Positions 25,139 to 36,477 of a stretch of 64,000 nucleotides of DNA are shown piece after piece. A model generated the notes under the pieces. It ran no database searches. It was not told the origin of the DNA and saw only the letters and a program-made list of their open reading frames with translations. The translations under genes and the position numbers were made by a program. Numbering within the stretch: position 1 is the first letter of the stretch; each line of letters begins with the position of its first letter. The DNA is from Macrostomum lignano (taxonomy: Eukaryota): assembly GCA_002269645.1 (NCBI GenBank), contig NIVC01001829.1:62001-126000 (forward strand), given 5' to 3'.

Positions 25139-26842
25139 ATGCCACTCTGCAAACTTGCCACACAAGATAAGAAAAGAAAGGTTTGCCTACAATTTACTAA
25201 TGGAACTTTTACCGAGTTTGTAACTGCTGGCTGCAATGCACTCGGAATTGCGTTGCTTCCGGACTCAGACGACGTAGTTACAGTTTCAACTGAAGGTGAC
25301 TACGAAGTTGCTGATGAGGAAACTTGGAATGCTCTGATGACTGCGTCACCATCGCCAAGTTTTTTGTTTTCCGTCAAGAAATTTACTGCTGCTGGGGCAG
25401 AAGTAATTGATTCTGATGCGACTGCTGTTGCTTAAGTCTCCGCTGCGTCAGCTGCTGCTGAAGTCTCAACTGTGTCTGCTGCTGCTGCTGCTGGAGTGCC
25501 GGCATCAACAATTCAACGGGTTTCGCCAGTTCCTGTTTTTTATAAGTTGCCACAGTTTCCGGCAGATATCATCAACAGGATCCAGTGTGCCGATACGCCC
25601 GAAAAAGTAGCTAAGCTTAAAATAGATGCAAGCTTTGTCAACAGCCTGATTCGTCCTATCGTGAACGATATAACGTGCAAGTATGTTGGTAGTGACAAGC
25701 CTCATTTGTCCAGCAGTGAATTAAAAGTGTTTTCGAGCGCAATTGTCGCCCAGTTTCCTCTCCTAGCGGATTCAAGCTCTGGCGATCACACTTTTTGGCG
25801 CCTGGTGCTTCGCCGTCGAGTAAAATATTGGCGCGAAAAGAATTTTGCAAAAGAGTCTAGTGACAACTTGCCGCCAAAAATCCTGTCTGCGAGGGAGAAG
25901 TTTGGCCGAACTAGTAATACTGCGGAGGCAGCGAAACGACGACGATCAAATTTACCAACTGGATTATTCGAGTCGGATTCAGAAAACAATAGCGAAAGCG
26001 AAGACAAAGAGGTCCAAGACGAAGAGGTTGAAAACGAAGATCAAAGCAGTGAAGGCACTGAAGATGAGTATGACGGTGCTGACGTTCGGGCCAGCGATCT
26101 GGCATCTATGATGGACGAGTCATCGATCTATGTGCGCGATGCCGACAACGTATCTGATCCAATGTTGTCAATGATTCGCGATGGGCAGCTCCTGGTATCC
26201 CTGAAGGAAGCCTCTAATGCTATGCACGCAACTTTCGCTGAACGGGTTCAGGCAGCGCAGCAAATGTCGCTTTCGGAAGAGTTTCTGGCGTACCCTTTGC
26301 TGCTCAATTCGCGCCTGCTCTGTGAAGAGGCCCTTCGTGTCGTAAATGTTTATGCCAGCTCGACAAAATCCGACTATCTGCCGCAAGAAGGCACTGACAT
26401 CACTGCGCTATGCGATCGCCTTCGAACCCTTTTGGTTTGGTTCACCAGAAACGCGGCACTATTTAAAAGATCGTCTCGGGCTAAGCCTTACCTTCAGGCC
26501 ACAGATGAACCTGAATTGATTGCCAGAAATGGATTCATGCTTTTGTCAATTAAAGCAAAGGTGATTAATCCGAACGATTTTTTGGATAGCAGCCGTCTTG
26601 TGAGCATCGTTCAGGATTCCAATCATTGGACGGGAGTCCGCGTGTCGACGAGCATTGTAAAAACTGAGTCGACAATCGAGTGCATTTTTTGCTACATCAT
26701 GGCCTTTCTAGCCCACAATTTGAAGCACGATCGGCGAACGGAAAACGTCAACGAGACTGTCGAATTTTTTCTAAAGCTACGTAATCCAAAGCGGGCTACT
26801 AACCAGTCGATTAAAAGTCTGGTTAGCATCCTGCCGATGTAA
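25139..26842 (+). CDS. Second EnSpm ORF (about 567 aa, one in-frame TAA at 25433), accessory/TnpA-like
   Basis: ORFs 25139-25435 and 25472-26842 are in the same frame; local duplication GCTTAAGTCTC vs GCTGAAGTCTC suggests GAA to TAA; acidic linker and helical C-terminal domain. Confidence 0.7.
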
Positions 26843-29222
26843 CAAACTCTAACAAACTCTAACTAGCTATGCGTCTCCCTTTGCAGTTTGCAGTTAATTA
26901 ACTTTTTATTTGCATTTTTGGGTACTGCTTAAATAGCCTATTCATTGAATTGAAAGCAAATTGGCAACTCAGAGTGACCTCTGTCAGAGAAAATCAGGGA
27001 AATTTAAAGGGGAAATCACTGAAAATCTGGGAAAGTGATAAATGTTCAGGGAATTTAAAAGATATTCAAAAATCACCTATAATCACCCTCCTAGAATCGT
27101 CCTGCACCTAGAATCGCTAAAAAGCAGGGAATTTTCGATAATCAAAGAATATTGTAGTGTCTGGAACGCCATAACCCAGGTTGTCACAAGTTGGGTTAAT
27201 TTTATTTTTTTATTCAATTTTTTATCTCATTGTTCAATTGTTGTTGCCACAATATGTTTCTCTTGTCAAATAACTCTGCAATTAACATGGCTTTTGTTAT
27301 TTGGGTATTGCTTAAAGTGCTTATTTATTTTGTCACAAGTAGGGTTATTGTATTTTTCACTTAATTATAATTTTTATCATTACATTCTACTAGCATTTTT
27401 AAAATGCCCTGTTTTCTATGAGCTGAAAAGCTAAATAGTATATAGAGGAGAAAAGACTTGAGTATTTTTTATTTTTTAAATGTGCAGGTCTCTGCTGAAG
27501 CCTGCTAATTGGGATGGGATGGGCTATTGCAGTTGTAAAAATGTGCCACAAGTATTAAAATTTGTAGCTAAAATAAGGCTGTAAATGTGGCCGAAAAAGT
27601 GGCCGAAAATATAGTGGCCGCAAGCGGCCCCTTTTTGGTGGCCGATATTGGGACACTTTCGGCCACTCCTCGGCCACTTACGTTCGGCCACCTTTCGGCC
27701 ACTTTTTCGGCTACTTTTCGGTTACAGTGCACTGGGACTATTGGCACTGCAACAGTAGGATTCTTGACTGAATAGATGATTCCTGAAGCAAGAAGTCTTC
27801 TTAGTTCGGTTTCTACCATAGACTTCATGGAGAAAGGAAGTGAGCGAGCAGGAAATCGCATGCCTTCCATACTCACACCCGAACGTAAGCGAAAGCTGGC
27901 AATGAAGTTTGAGTTTTGATCTCGGACGACTGGTAGGCACTTGTGTTCATTCGACACTCGAACCGCTTGATCCATTCGCACTAGGTCTAGGGACGGTATG
28001 AAGTTCATGCCCAGAATAGCTGTTGTATCTTGACCGACGTAGATGTTTTCTGAAGCAGACTTGCCACCAATAACCTGTAGCTTTGCCCCGTAGATGACAG
28101 AAGTGACCGTAGCTTGAAAACCTCCGAAAGATCTTAGTTTTTGGCTAACTGGCTGTAACTCTAAGCCTGAGCTCTTGGCGATTTGATCCGGAACCACGGT
28201 TACTTGGCTGCCGGTGTCCACAAGCATGTTGACTTCGGTTTTTCCTAGACGACACCGAACAAACCACTGATCTGAGTAACCCGTTTTTGGCTGTCTAACC
28301 GCATGAATGAGTTCCAGATGGTAAGAGCTAGTGTTCCCTAGTGAAGGGCTGCAGCTTGGCATTCGTTGGATTGCGTTCATAGCCTTTGATCTGCACACGG
28401 TAGCTAGATGTCCTACCTTGCCGCATTTATGGCACTTGGCTTCTCGGAACCTGCATGCTGATCGTAGATGTCCCGATTTCCCACAGGTGTGACACTTAGC
28501 TGTTTTACCTTTAGGTTTGCCGCTCGACTGATTATGCAGATGTCCCTGAGGTTGCTTGAATGAGACAGAGCGTTGGGCACTGCAGCTTCTTGGTCTCGAG
28601 AATGTCCCAGCATTCTGCACATTAGCGATAGTTTCCGGCTTGTCTGTAGCAGTTGCAATTGACTCGGTCATGAGTCCCTCTTGAATAGCATCATTAAGCT
28701 CAAGCGTGCCCTTGGATAGCAGTTTTTGCCGCAGATTCTGACTACGAAGTCCGAAGATGAACTAAGACAGGATCAGGTCTTCGCGCAATTCACCATATTG
28801 GCACTTGTTCGCCTGTTGCTTGAGCCGTGCAACGAAATTTGTAATGCTCTCTGCGTCCTTTTGAACAGTAGAATGGAAAACATGTCGCTCATAATGAAGC
28901 AGAACTTTCGGTTTGAAGTGCTCGAGCAAAGTGTCCTGAATCGACTTGAACGTAACACCGGCCTTGGTGATGTCTTCTGGTTTTATCAGCTCCTCCACCA
29001 GATTGAATGCAGATTCACCGCAGGTAGCCAGTAGGACTGCTTTAGCTTGCTCATTCTTCTCAGTTGCCTCCAGGTAGAACGGAAGTCGTTTGAAGTATTG
29101 TTCTATCTCTGGGTAAGAAAGTGGCATCTCACCAAGACGGTACACCATTGACTGAGCCATTTTGAGGGCAGCAGGTGCGGAAATTTTCCTCGACCCTGAG
29201 TTGCTTTTTATTCTCGTCGCCA

Positions 29223-29434
29223 TGTTTTGTTTGAGGAACGCCAAGTCAATGAATTATGGTAGTTTGAAATTAAGCTATATTTTAGCGGCAGCGCGCTCCT
29301 AGGGTCTTGTGCTCCTAAATGAAAAGATTCGAAGCTTAGCAAACAAAGGAGAGTACCGTATCGCGTCGCATAAACCATAGACTATTTTCGAAGTAAAAGT
29401 TTATACTTTGCAGTAGTCATAGCAATACGCAACA
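29223..29434 (-). repeat. 5' LTR of Mag element B
   Basis: Direct repeat of 18546-18757; PBS abuts it at 29213-29222. Confidence 0.97.
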
Positions 29435-29439
29435 CTAGT

Positions 29440-29764
29440 AAGAAAGGGAAATAAGGGTTAAGATTGCACTAGAGGAGTCTTGCCTCTAATATTGGGAGTC
29501 TTGCCCAACGCACAAAACGGGAATTAAAACTAGGAACTAATGTAAAATAACCTATCGTACGCATTTTTTAGTTAATTTTCCAAAACTGCTAACTATAATC
29601 TTTGGTGTCCTGACTTACTCCTTTAATCTAAAAGTACTAGAATTAGGGAAAGCAGGAAACCTGGTGGCAGCGAACTACCAAAATTTCAAATCAGTACAGC
29701 AGATAATAATCCACTCGTAATCCTTAGCAACTAAGAAAACCAGTAGCTTAGCCGCGAGGTTACA
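29440..29764 (+). repeat. Remainder of the element C LTR (joins 18329-18545; about 540 bp total)
   Basis: Follows the TSD; contains TGGTGGCAGCG at 29662; ends GGTTACA at 29764. Confidence 0.7.
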
Positions 29765-30261
29765 CGCCCATTCCAATAGTGGCATACAGTACTTGAGTGA
29801 TGACAGTCAGTGTGAGGACAATGAAAAATTTATTTTTCATAATTGAATTTTGCTGTTTATTTTTAATTATGTGTTACATTATTTTTAACTAATAATAAAA
29901 TATGAAGAAATATATACGATAAAAATATGCTGCACATTTCTGCTTCTGGTAGCAATAAATGTCATGTTATCGATGTTTTGAATCATTCTAAAAATTTTAG
30001 TTCAACCAACTTTTAGAGCCAACTTTTCTAGCACTGGTATTATATGCTTTGAATATTTTACAAGCAAACAAGCAAGGGTCTTAAACGCTGAAATACATAT
30101 ACTCGTATTGCTACTTTTAGTAGGATATTTTGCATAGTATATTTTACATAAATACATGGATGATCATGGATGACGCATAATCATGAATGAAATATCCATG
30201 GAGCCATCTATGGACATGGATGGGGCCATGCATGATCAGGGATGATTCATGCCTCCGCCTA

Positions 30262-30409
30262 GGGTACCCTTAATCTTAGATTTTTCCCCAGTCTCAGTCC
30301 CTATTTACGTACTCGGTAAGGTTGCTTCGGGCATCAGCAGTCCCTATTAACCCCGCCACAGTAGTGAGAGCCAAACCCACGAGCACAACACTGGTAGCAG
30401 CGGTGGGAT
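30262..30409 (+). mobile_element. LTR 3' end plus tRNA-Leu PBS (fragment G), related to LTR A
   Basis: TACCCTTAATCTTAGATTTTTCCCCAGTCTCA matches 9598-9630; ends ACA 30390; PBS TGGTAGCAGCGGTGGGAT 30392-30409. Confidence 0.8.
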
Positions 30410-30959
30410 AGATACCAAGGCCCCGTGCAACCAAACAGCAAGTACTACACCTGTAACACATCAGTGATTTCATTTGTTTTATATTAATTGGTGAATTAAG
30501 AACAAATGAGTCTTTTCGAACTCATAGGCATCAAGATGATGAAACCAAATACCATTAAGGAATATCTTTAGGAAGTAACAGAATTGCATTTGTTTTGTAT
30601 CTAATAGTGAACAATCATTTTAAAAGGAGAAGACAACGCTCTTAAAGGAACACCAGAGGGAGAGGCAGCTATCAGCAGCAGCTTCGTTTGCTTTTCAATA
30701 AAGTCACTTGCCTCCGCTATTAGCGGATTGACTTAATATACTTCGCACAAGCAAGCAACAGCAAGCATCTTCATTGCGATCGGCAAGAATGGAGCAAAGC
30801 TATAAGTGAGTTAGGTTCTTTAGGAGGTAATGCAAATTTGGCTTTGCACAGAACCGAAAGCAGTCCGATGCGAAGCCAACTTAAAAAACGGCATGGACAT
30901 CTGTCTGGACTGATTGATGCTAATGCTGTTCAGTCTGTTTAACTGCAACTGCACGACAC

Positions 30960-31767
30960 TGCTACATGTACGATCTACTTGCTAACAAAAAACTACCTGA
31001 AAATTTTGAGACAAAGTCTTTCGACGCTCTAGCAGAGATACGGAAGGAGGAAAGGAAAGACAAAAAGTTTAATCGCTACTTCTATCTGACGATCTATTGG
31101 ACAAAGGTTTTGACGTCACAGGAGACAAATGCTAGATTTCCTTCTTTAAGATGACAGAGGAGTCTAACATGTTCTGGTAAACCGAAGATAAACCCAGGCC
31201 GGCCCACGCAAGACAAGGCTTATCGTTTTCTTTAACTCTCAGAGGGTGTTAGCAGTCGAAATTCTTCCTGAGGGTAGCACGGTGACTGCCAAGTATACAC
31301 GGAAACTGCTGACTGTTTTGCTTTAGGAGAGGCGGCAGCGTGCCAGAACGGAGAAGTGCCAGATTGCTGCTATACCACGACAATGCGGCCCCCCGCACTG
31401 AAACTTGAGCCTTCTTGGAACAGACAGGAGTTCAGCTGCTGCTTCACCCAACCTACTCACAATACCTTGAACCCAGCGACTTCTGGTTGTTCACTAAGTT
31501 TAGGACTGCCATTTCTGGAAGGCTATTCTCTCGGATTCAGGATCTGACACGAGCAGTCAAATCAGAACTGTAGAGACAGCCCACATCAGAGTACCTCAAC
31601 TGCTTTCAGGCTTGGCGAATGCGAATGCAACGATACATCGAAGTGAAAGAGAAATACTTCGAGGAAATGCAATACTTCTCACCGAAAAATTAACTGGCAG
31701 TCATTTGCAAATGTATGGTATATGCACGTACATGCAAAATGTACGAACAGTTTACTATGCACACTCG
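30960..31767 (+). pseudogene. Degenerate mariner transposase with probable right end
   Basis: LYHDNAAP, HPTYSQYLEPSDFWLF, WRMRMQRYIEVKEKYFEE; many stops. Confidence 0.8.
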
Positions 31768-33285
31768 AAGCAAGGGTTTACAATGTTTTAAAAGTTTCTA
31801 TCATTATTGCAAGTACGTGCTTTTCAGATAATATTTCTAACTGAATATTGTACCACTGATCTGGAACAAAAGCGGAGGGAAGACAAATTTGAATATTGAT
31901 AAACGTAGCAATCAACAAAAATTGTCAAACAAAAAACTACCTAAACTTCGTTTTGTTGACAGCTGCATAAATGTTGATTTAGGTTGATCTATCAATGTTG
32001 CGCGTCTGCATCCCCAACCTGCATTATTCCTGCAGACGACAAACGGAAGCACTAAACAATTCATGTTTGTTTGTCAACGTCCCCGCAACATTTCTGCAAC
32101 CCAAATGGCGCAAGGGGTAGATTTCAAAAATAATTATTATACTATCAATTATGAGCTAAAAACATAAATCAAAACTTCTGTAGCTGCTATTATTGCGGCT
32201 AAATGAGTAAAGCGAAGCACGAAGACATTCGCTTTTTATTCCTAAATGCACTCTGGGAGCTATTTCTTACCTTTTGGAGATTTTACACTGGCAACAGTTG
32301 TGCCTTGAAAAGTAAATTTAGTATTAACTAGCGAGACTTGACGCAGAAGACAAAGAAATGATACAATATTTCACGCTCGGACTTGTGCTAGTCAGTTCTC
32401 GATTTAATTTTTTTGCTGCTACACTCAATGGCACTGTGATGCTCGAGGCAATCTGGGACCACAAAAAAATTAAACATAGCTCACATTCACTATATTTACA
32501 CACTATTTGAGCGTATCAAAAGATCACTAAAAACCTAATAATTCTAGAAACCAAAACATTGATACTGTTTTGGTTCCTCTTCACCGCACCTTGATTTTTA
32601 AAAAGCTTTACATGTAAATAATATCAATAAAACTAGTTACTAAATTATAGAAGTTGAAAAAACAAACAACTCAAGGCCCAAATTCGCATATTTATAAGAC
32701 ATTTGACATAGAGGGGGTGAGGTTGCATGCACGATAAGAGACGGAGGTGAATAGTTAGAGCATGGGGTGGTAAAAAATAATGACGAAAACAAATCAGTGC
32801 GCAATGGGGAAAGGATAGAATAAGCGACCAGAAAGCAGAGTGACAAGATAAAGATAAGACGCAAAGGTGGCCAATCAGAATGAAGAGAGATACAAACATG
32901 AGCGAGAAAAGAGCGAGGGAGACAGGTGAAAAATGAAATGAGGTAAGTCGCTACATTACAGAAATCAATGAAGAAAACATAAAGGCATGTTTTACTAAAC
33001 GATTGCTTTTTATCTGTGTTCAATAATTATCAATAAAAAGTTATCGCTTTTTTTGTCTGCCACATATTTTGCGCCAAATTTGCCTCTAAAATGCCCTAAT
33101 AAATAATTCTCTAACCTCTGCCCACTGGCTTGTCCATGGTTACGAGCATTGAAGCACTTACATTAGCTTGGAAACTGGAAATCATGAAGCTACAATACAT
33201 AAGAAAATAGATGACAAAGTTTTGAAGCAATTTTTACCAAAGTACAATTAAACCAAAATATGCTTCGACTTTTCGCTCTATTAAG

Positions 33286-34340
33286 TGTAGTGAGTCGCTA
33301 GTTTAGTTAGGCGCCGCACTAGTCAGCTGTTGCCCTCGCCTTCTCCCCAGGTTTCTGTCTGCCGCTGGGCAGTTGCCTGTTCCTCCCGCCTGTCCCCTGG
33401 CCTGTCCTCTGCCCGTTTGTCTGTCTGTCTGTTTGTCCTCGTTTGCCCCCTTTTGTCTCGTTTTCCCTTTTTGCAGTGCCCAGACAGCTTGGTCTGGTCT
33501 GCCTCTGTTTCGTTCTCTGTCAGGCATCTCCAAATTTGGAGTGCCTTTCTGTTTTCCGGTCCCACGGTCACGAGTGCCTTCACTTGTGGGCCGTTTCCCT
33601 TTGTCATGTGAGTCAGTCACATGACAAGGCCCTCTTCCTTCTTTAGTCCAAAGTGCAATGATTTCATCATTGTACGCTGGGCTCGTGTTTATGGGGAGAT
33701 CACGTGCGCCCGGACCCCCCCTTGCCTCCTCTGAGGCAGGGCCCGCTTGTTTGTTGCTAAAAATAGCAACAGAGTCACTTATGACGCTCAGCGGGGGCCT
33801 TCCGTGCTATGGTGCAATCGATCCTCCCTATAAATGCGGCCCCTCTCATGGCTTGGCTCAGACAAGCGTTCCTTCCGTTTCAAGCGTTTCTACCTTTTCC
33901 GCGTTCCGTTTTCGTTTCTAGCGAACACTAATTTCGTGTGCCAAGTTTGCGCTTAAGTTGAACTCCAAGACTCCCGACTTTGCGCGTGACTGCCTCTGAT
34001 TGTTCCTGCTATCAATTAGCAGGCCAGCTCGGATCGCCCGAAGCTCGCACTTTCGCTCTCACCCCGCACCAGCCCGGTAGGGACTGCTGACGGTGGGCAC
34101 CTCTGCGCGAGAACTGCTAAATCTGCACGAAGTGCGAGTCTCTTTCTCTCGTCTTAGTTATTTGCTTCTACGAGCTCAGCACCTCACCGAAGGCTGCGAC
34201 TCTGCGAAGCTGGTGGCAGCACTACCAACGCTACTAGATCAACCCGGAGACTTCCCAGAGGAGCTCAAGGTAGGCAGCTCACGTGACTGACAGGGAAGTA
34301 ACCGGACCCAAGTACTTCATTGGTGGCAGCGGTGGGATTC
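33286..34340 (+). mobile_element. LTR (about 1034 bp) plus perfect tRNA-Leu PBS (fragment E); internal region lost
   Basis: TGTAG at 33286 to CTTCA at 34319; TGGTGGCAGCGGTGGGATTC 34321-34340 is the complement of the canonical tRNA-Leu(AAG/TAG-type) 3' end. Confidence 0.85.
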
Positions 34341-34730
34341 CAAGATCTACGGCTAGGCCACCCGAGACAAAATAAGAAACCACCAACAACAGCAACTGTA
34401 CTTCATAAGATTAACATAAAACAAAGATGAGGCGCTACTTAACAATAAGAATTGTTTTTTTACTTATCTAATTTACACTGATACAGGTTTTCTCACGCTT
34501 AAGTTGACTAAAAATATAAATACCATTAAATTCCGTCTTTAAATAATGAATTACTTATAGACGGGTGTAGCATACAATATTAATAGACGAGTGATTTAAC
34601 CTCTGTTACAAGTTCAAAAAGCAAGTCAGATTTTACGATACCCACTTTTGTGCCTAAATGCAATAACTATGGACTATACTTAATAGACAACCGAAGTGCG
34701 TTATAGTTCAGTCAAAAACTAAAAAAACTA

Positions 34731-35783
34731 TTAAGATTGACAGTAAACTGCAAAACCAAAGTCAAAACTTTTGCATACAATAGCGCTCTGACCATGATAC
34801 ACAGTTGACTTATGTCCAATGGTAACTACTCTGAAGCTATCGCCAAGTAGTACTCTTCGCTTATCCGATAAGTTTGTAGACCCACCAAGACAGAATATTG
34901 TATTTCTTTCGGTCCACAGAACTGTATGTCTGTGGCCACAGGAGACACCAGATACAACTTCATCAATCATACTTCCATCAGAGAGTTCAGGTGGCAAGTC
35001 AAGTGGCTCCGGTTCTGAGCACAGAGGAGTATTTTTGATGCCTAGCTGCATTGACTCGTTCCAACCACACATGTATAGATCTCCAGTGCTAGAAAGAAAT
35101 GCACTATGCCAACCACCAGCTGATACAGAAACAATTGAGAGTATACTCAGCGAATCCACTTGCTTAGGAACAGTCAAATCAGCTAAATCGCCATGTCCAA
35201 GTTGACCGTGGGAGCCAACTCCCATGGATAACACTGAGCCATTGTTCGCTAATACAACACAGTGGTCATTTCCACATGCAATTTGGCGGACACGAAATGG
35301 GCAGGCTGGCTCTACAATTGAAATGGCACTGCAGCTGACAACATTGCATAATTTGCAAAGAGCTTCATCACTTGTAATTGAAAACACTTCATTCGATGTT
35401 GTGTGAATGGACTTGAAGCTAACTGATCTCGCATCATTATTGAGGTTGAACTGTATTGGATGTAGCACAATAGTGTCCAATTTGTTTTTAATTGCTTTGA
35501 CAATATCGTGCATTGTTTTGGAATAGATGACGCCCGACAAGATAGCAAGCAAGACTTGGTCAGTAACAGCAAAACCGTCAGCTTTCCTTAATGGTAATAT
35601 TTCACCATCCACTTTTTTAATCGCCATGGTAAATAAACCAGAACTGCACACTAAATAAATGACAGGAGAATCACCATCGGCTGATTCAGCAACAGATAGA
35701 TAAAGACCACCGATGTAGATGTAGTCTTTATTAGACGTCAAAGTTGAATTCCAACAAAGTGATCCAGAGCATTCAAGAGGCAT
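34731..35783 (-). CDS. RCCD1: RCC1 domain-containing protein 1 homologue (one long exon; acceptor TTTCAG just before ATG at 35783)
   Basis: IACGNDH..GVGSHGQLGHG..VSAGGWHS..GDLYMCGWNESMQL..PEPLDLP..VSCGHRHT matches the RCCD1 pattern. Confidence 0.85.
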   Translation of the reverse strand: MPLECSGSLCWNSTLTSNKDYIYIGGLYLSVAESADGDSPVIYLVCSSGLFTMAIKKVDGEILPLRKADGFAVTDQVLLAILSGVIYSKTMHDIVKAIKNKLDTIVLHPIQFNLNNDARSVSFKSIHTTSNEVFSITSDEALCKLCNVVSCSAISIVEPACPFRVRQIACGNDHCVVLANNGSVLSMGVGSHGQLGHGDLADLTVPKQVDSLSILSIVSVSAGGWHSAFLSSTGDLYMCGWNESMQLGIKNTPLCSEPEPLDLPPELSDGSMIDEVVSGVSCGHRHTVLWTERNTIFCLGGSTNLSDKRRVLLGDSFRVVTIGHKSTVYHGQSAIVCKSFDFGFAVYCQS

Positions 35784-36477
35784 CTGAAATGCAGAATGCA
35801 GTAATAACAAATAGGACTTATTATTTATAAACTTTATAGTTATACAAACGATACACTGCTCTTTTAACTTACAACAGCTTGACTATTATATGAACTACCT
35901 GGCAGATAGAAAAACCCAACAGAATCAACAAATTCTTTTGTACGAAATTTCCAGCTTTAATTTTGCAAATGCACATGCAAGTGGCAACTCAAAATATTAA
36001 ACCTGCCAAAGTTCCAAACAATTTTTTTCTTCTGTTTAACTGCCTTACTTCAAATTACTTTAAACATATAATAAATTATTCTGTTTTAACAAAAAAGCAT
36101 ATAATATTATTGCACCATTAGAATTTTCAGCAATTAAAAGCCAAAAAATCATCTCAAACTTAAATGGTATGCCAAAGTAGTATACAGAAATGGCTCAACT
36201 ATCAATTGGTATACTGGAAATTTCTCACATACAAATAACCTTAAATATGGTAATACAAATTTAATTGCAGAAGAACCTGCATCCAAAGTAATGACCAATG
36301 TTGGCACTAGTATATTAATGAAAATCTTATTAAGTTTTAACATTGTTAAGTTGACTAAAAGTTAACTAATTATTGGTAATGAGCATTAATCCATTAATAT
36401 TAACATGTAAATACTGGAATTTCGTACTTTTTTCCAAAACAGTTCAATAAGCAGATAAAGTCGATAATATCGTGCCT

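Larger units (their letters stand above)
21236..27729 (+). mobile_element. EnSpm/CACTA (CMC) DNA transposon, 6.5 kb, inserted in the RT of element B
   Basis: TIRs CACTGTAAATGAAAAGTGGCCGAAAAAGTGGCCGA / reverse complement CACTGTAACCGAAAAGTAGCCGAAAAAGTGGCCGA; 2-bp TSD CA; removing it restores VPIVPVVKPEG of Mag RT. Confidence 0.95.
18546..29434 (-). mobile_element. Full-length Mag-clade Ty3/Gypsy element B, interrupted by EnSpm
   Basis: 212-bp LTRs 18546-18757 and 29223-29434 (2 mismatches seen), TG..CA ends, 5-bp TSD CTAGT (18541-45, 29435-39), PBS TGGCGACGAG (tRNA-Ser type), PPT GGTGGGGG; single gag-pol frame with 2 CCHC, LVDTGS, YQDDII, CDASKDG, HVDIA, SDNG; premature stops at 28762 and 19104. 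Confidence 0.97.

Noticed and set aside
27568-27729. C-terminal HCNRKVAEKVAER extension of the Mag ORF 27568-28671
   Set aside because: Read-through into the EnSpm terminal repeats; the true frame resumes at 21235.
30155-30260. Met/His/Asp-rich metal-binding peptide
   Set aside because: Short CATGGA-rich low-complexity DNA with stops; no splice support.
32640-33023. Hydrophobic minus-strand ORFs (also 39040-39300, 54019-54492, 62586-62867)
   Set aside because: By-products of purine/pyrimidine strand skew in LTR or UTR sequence; no motifs.
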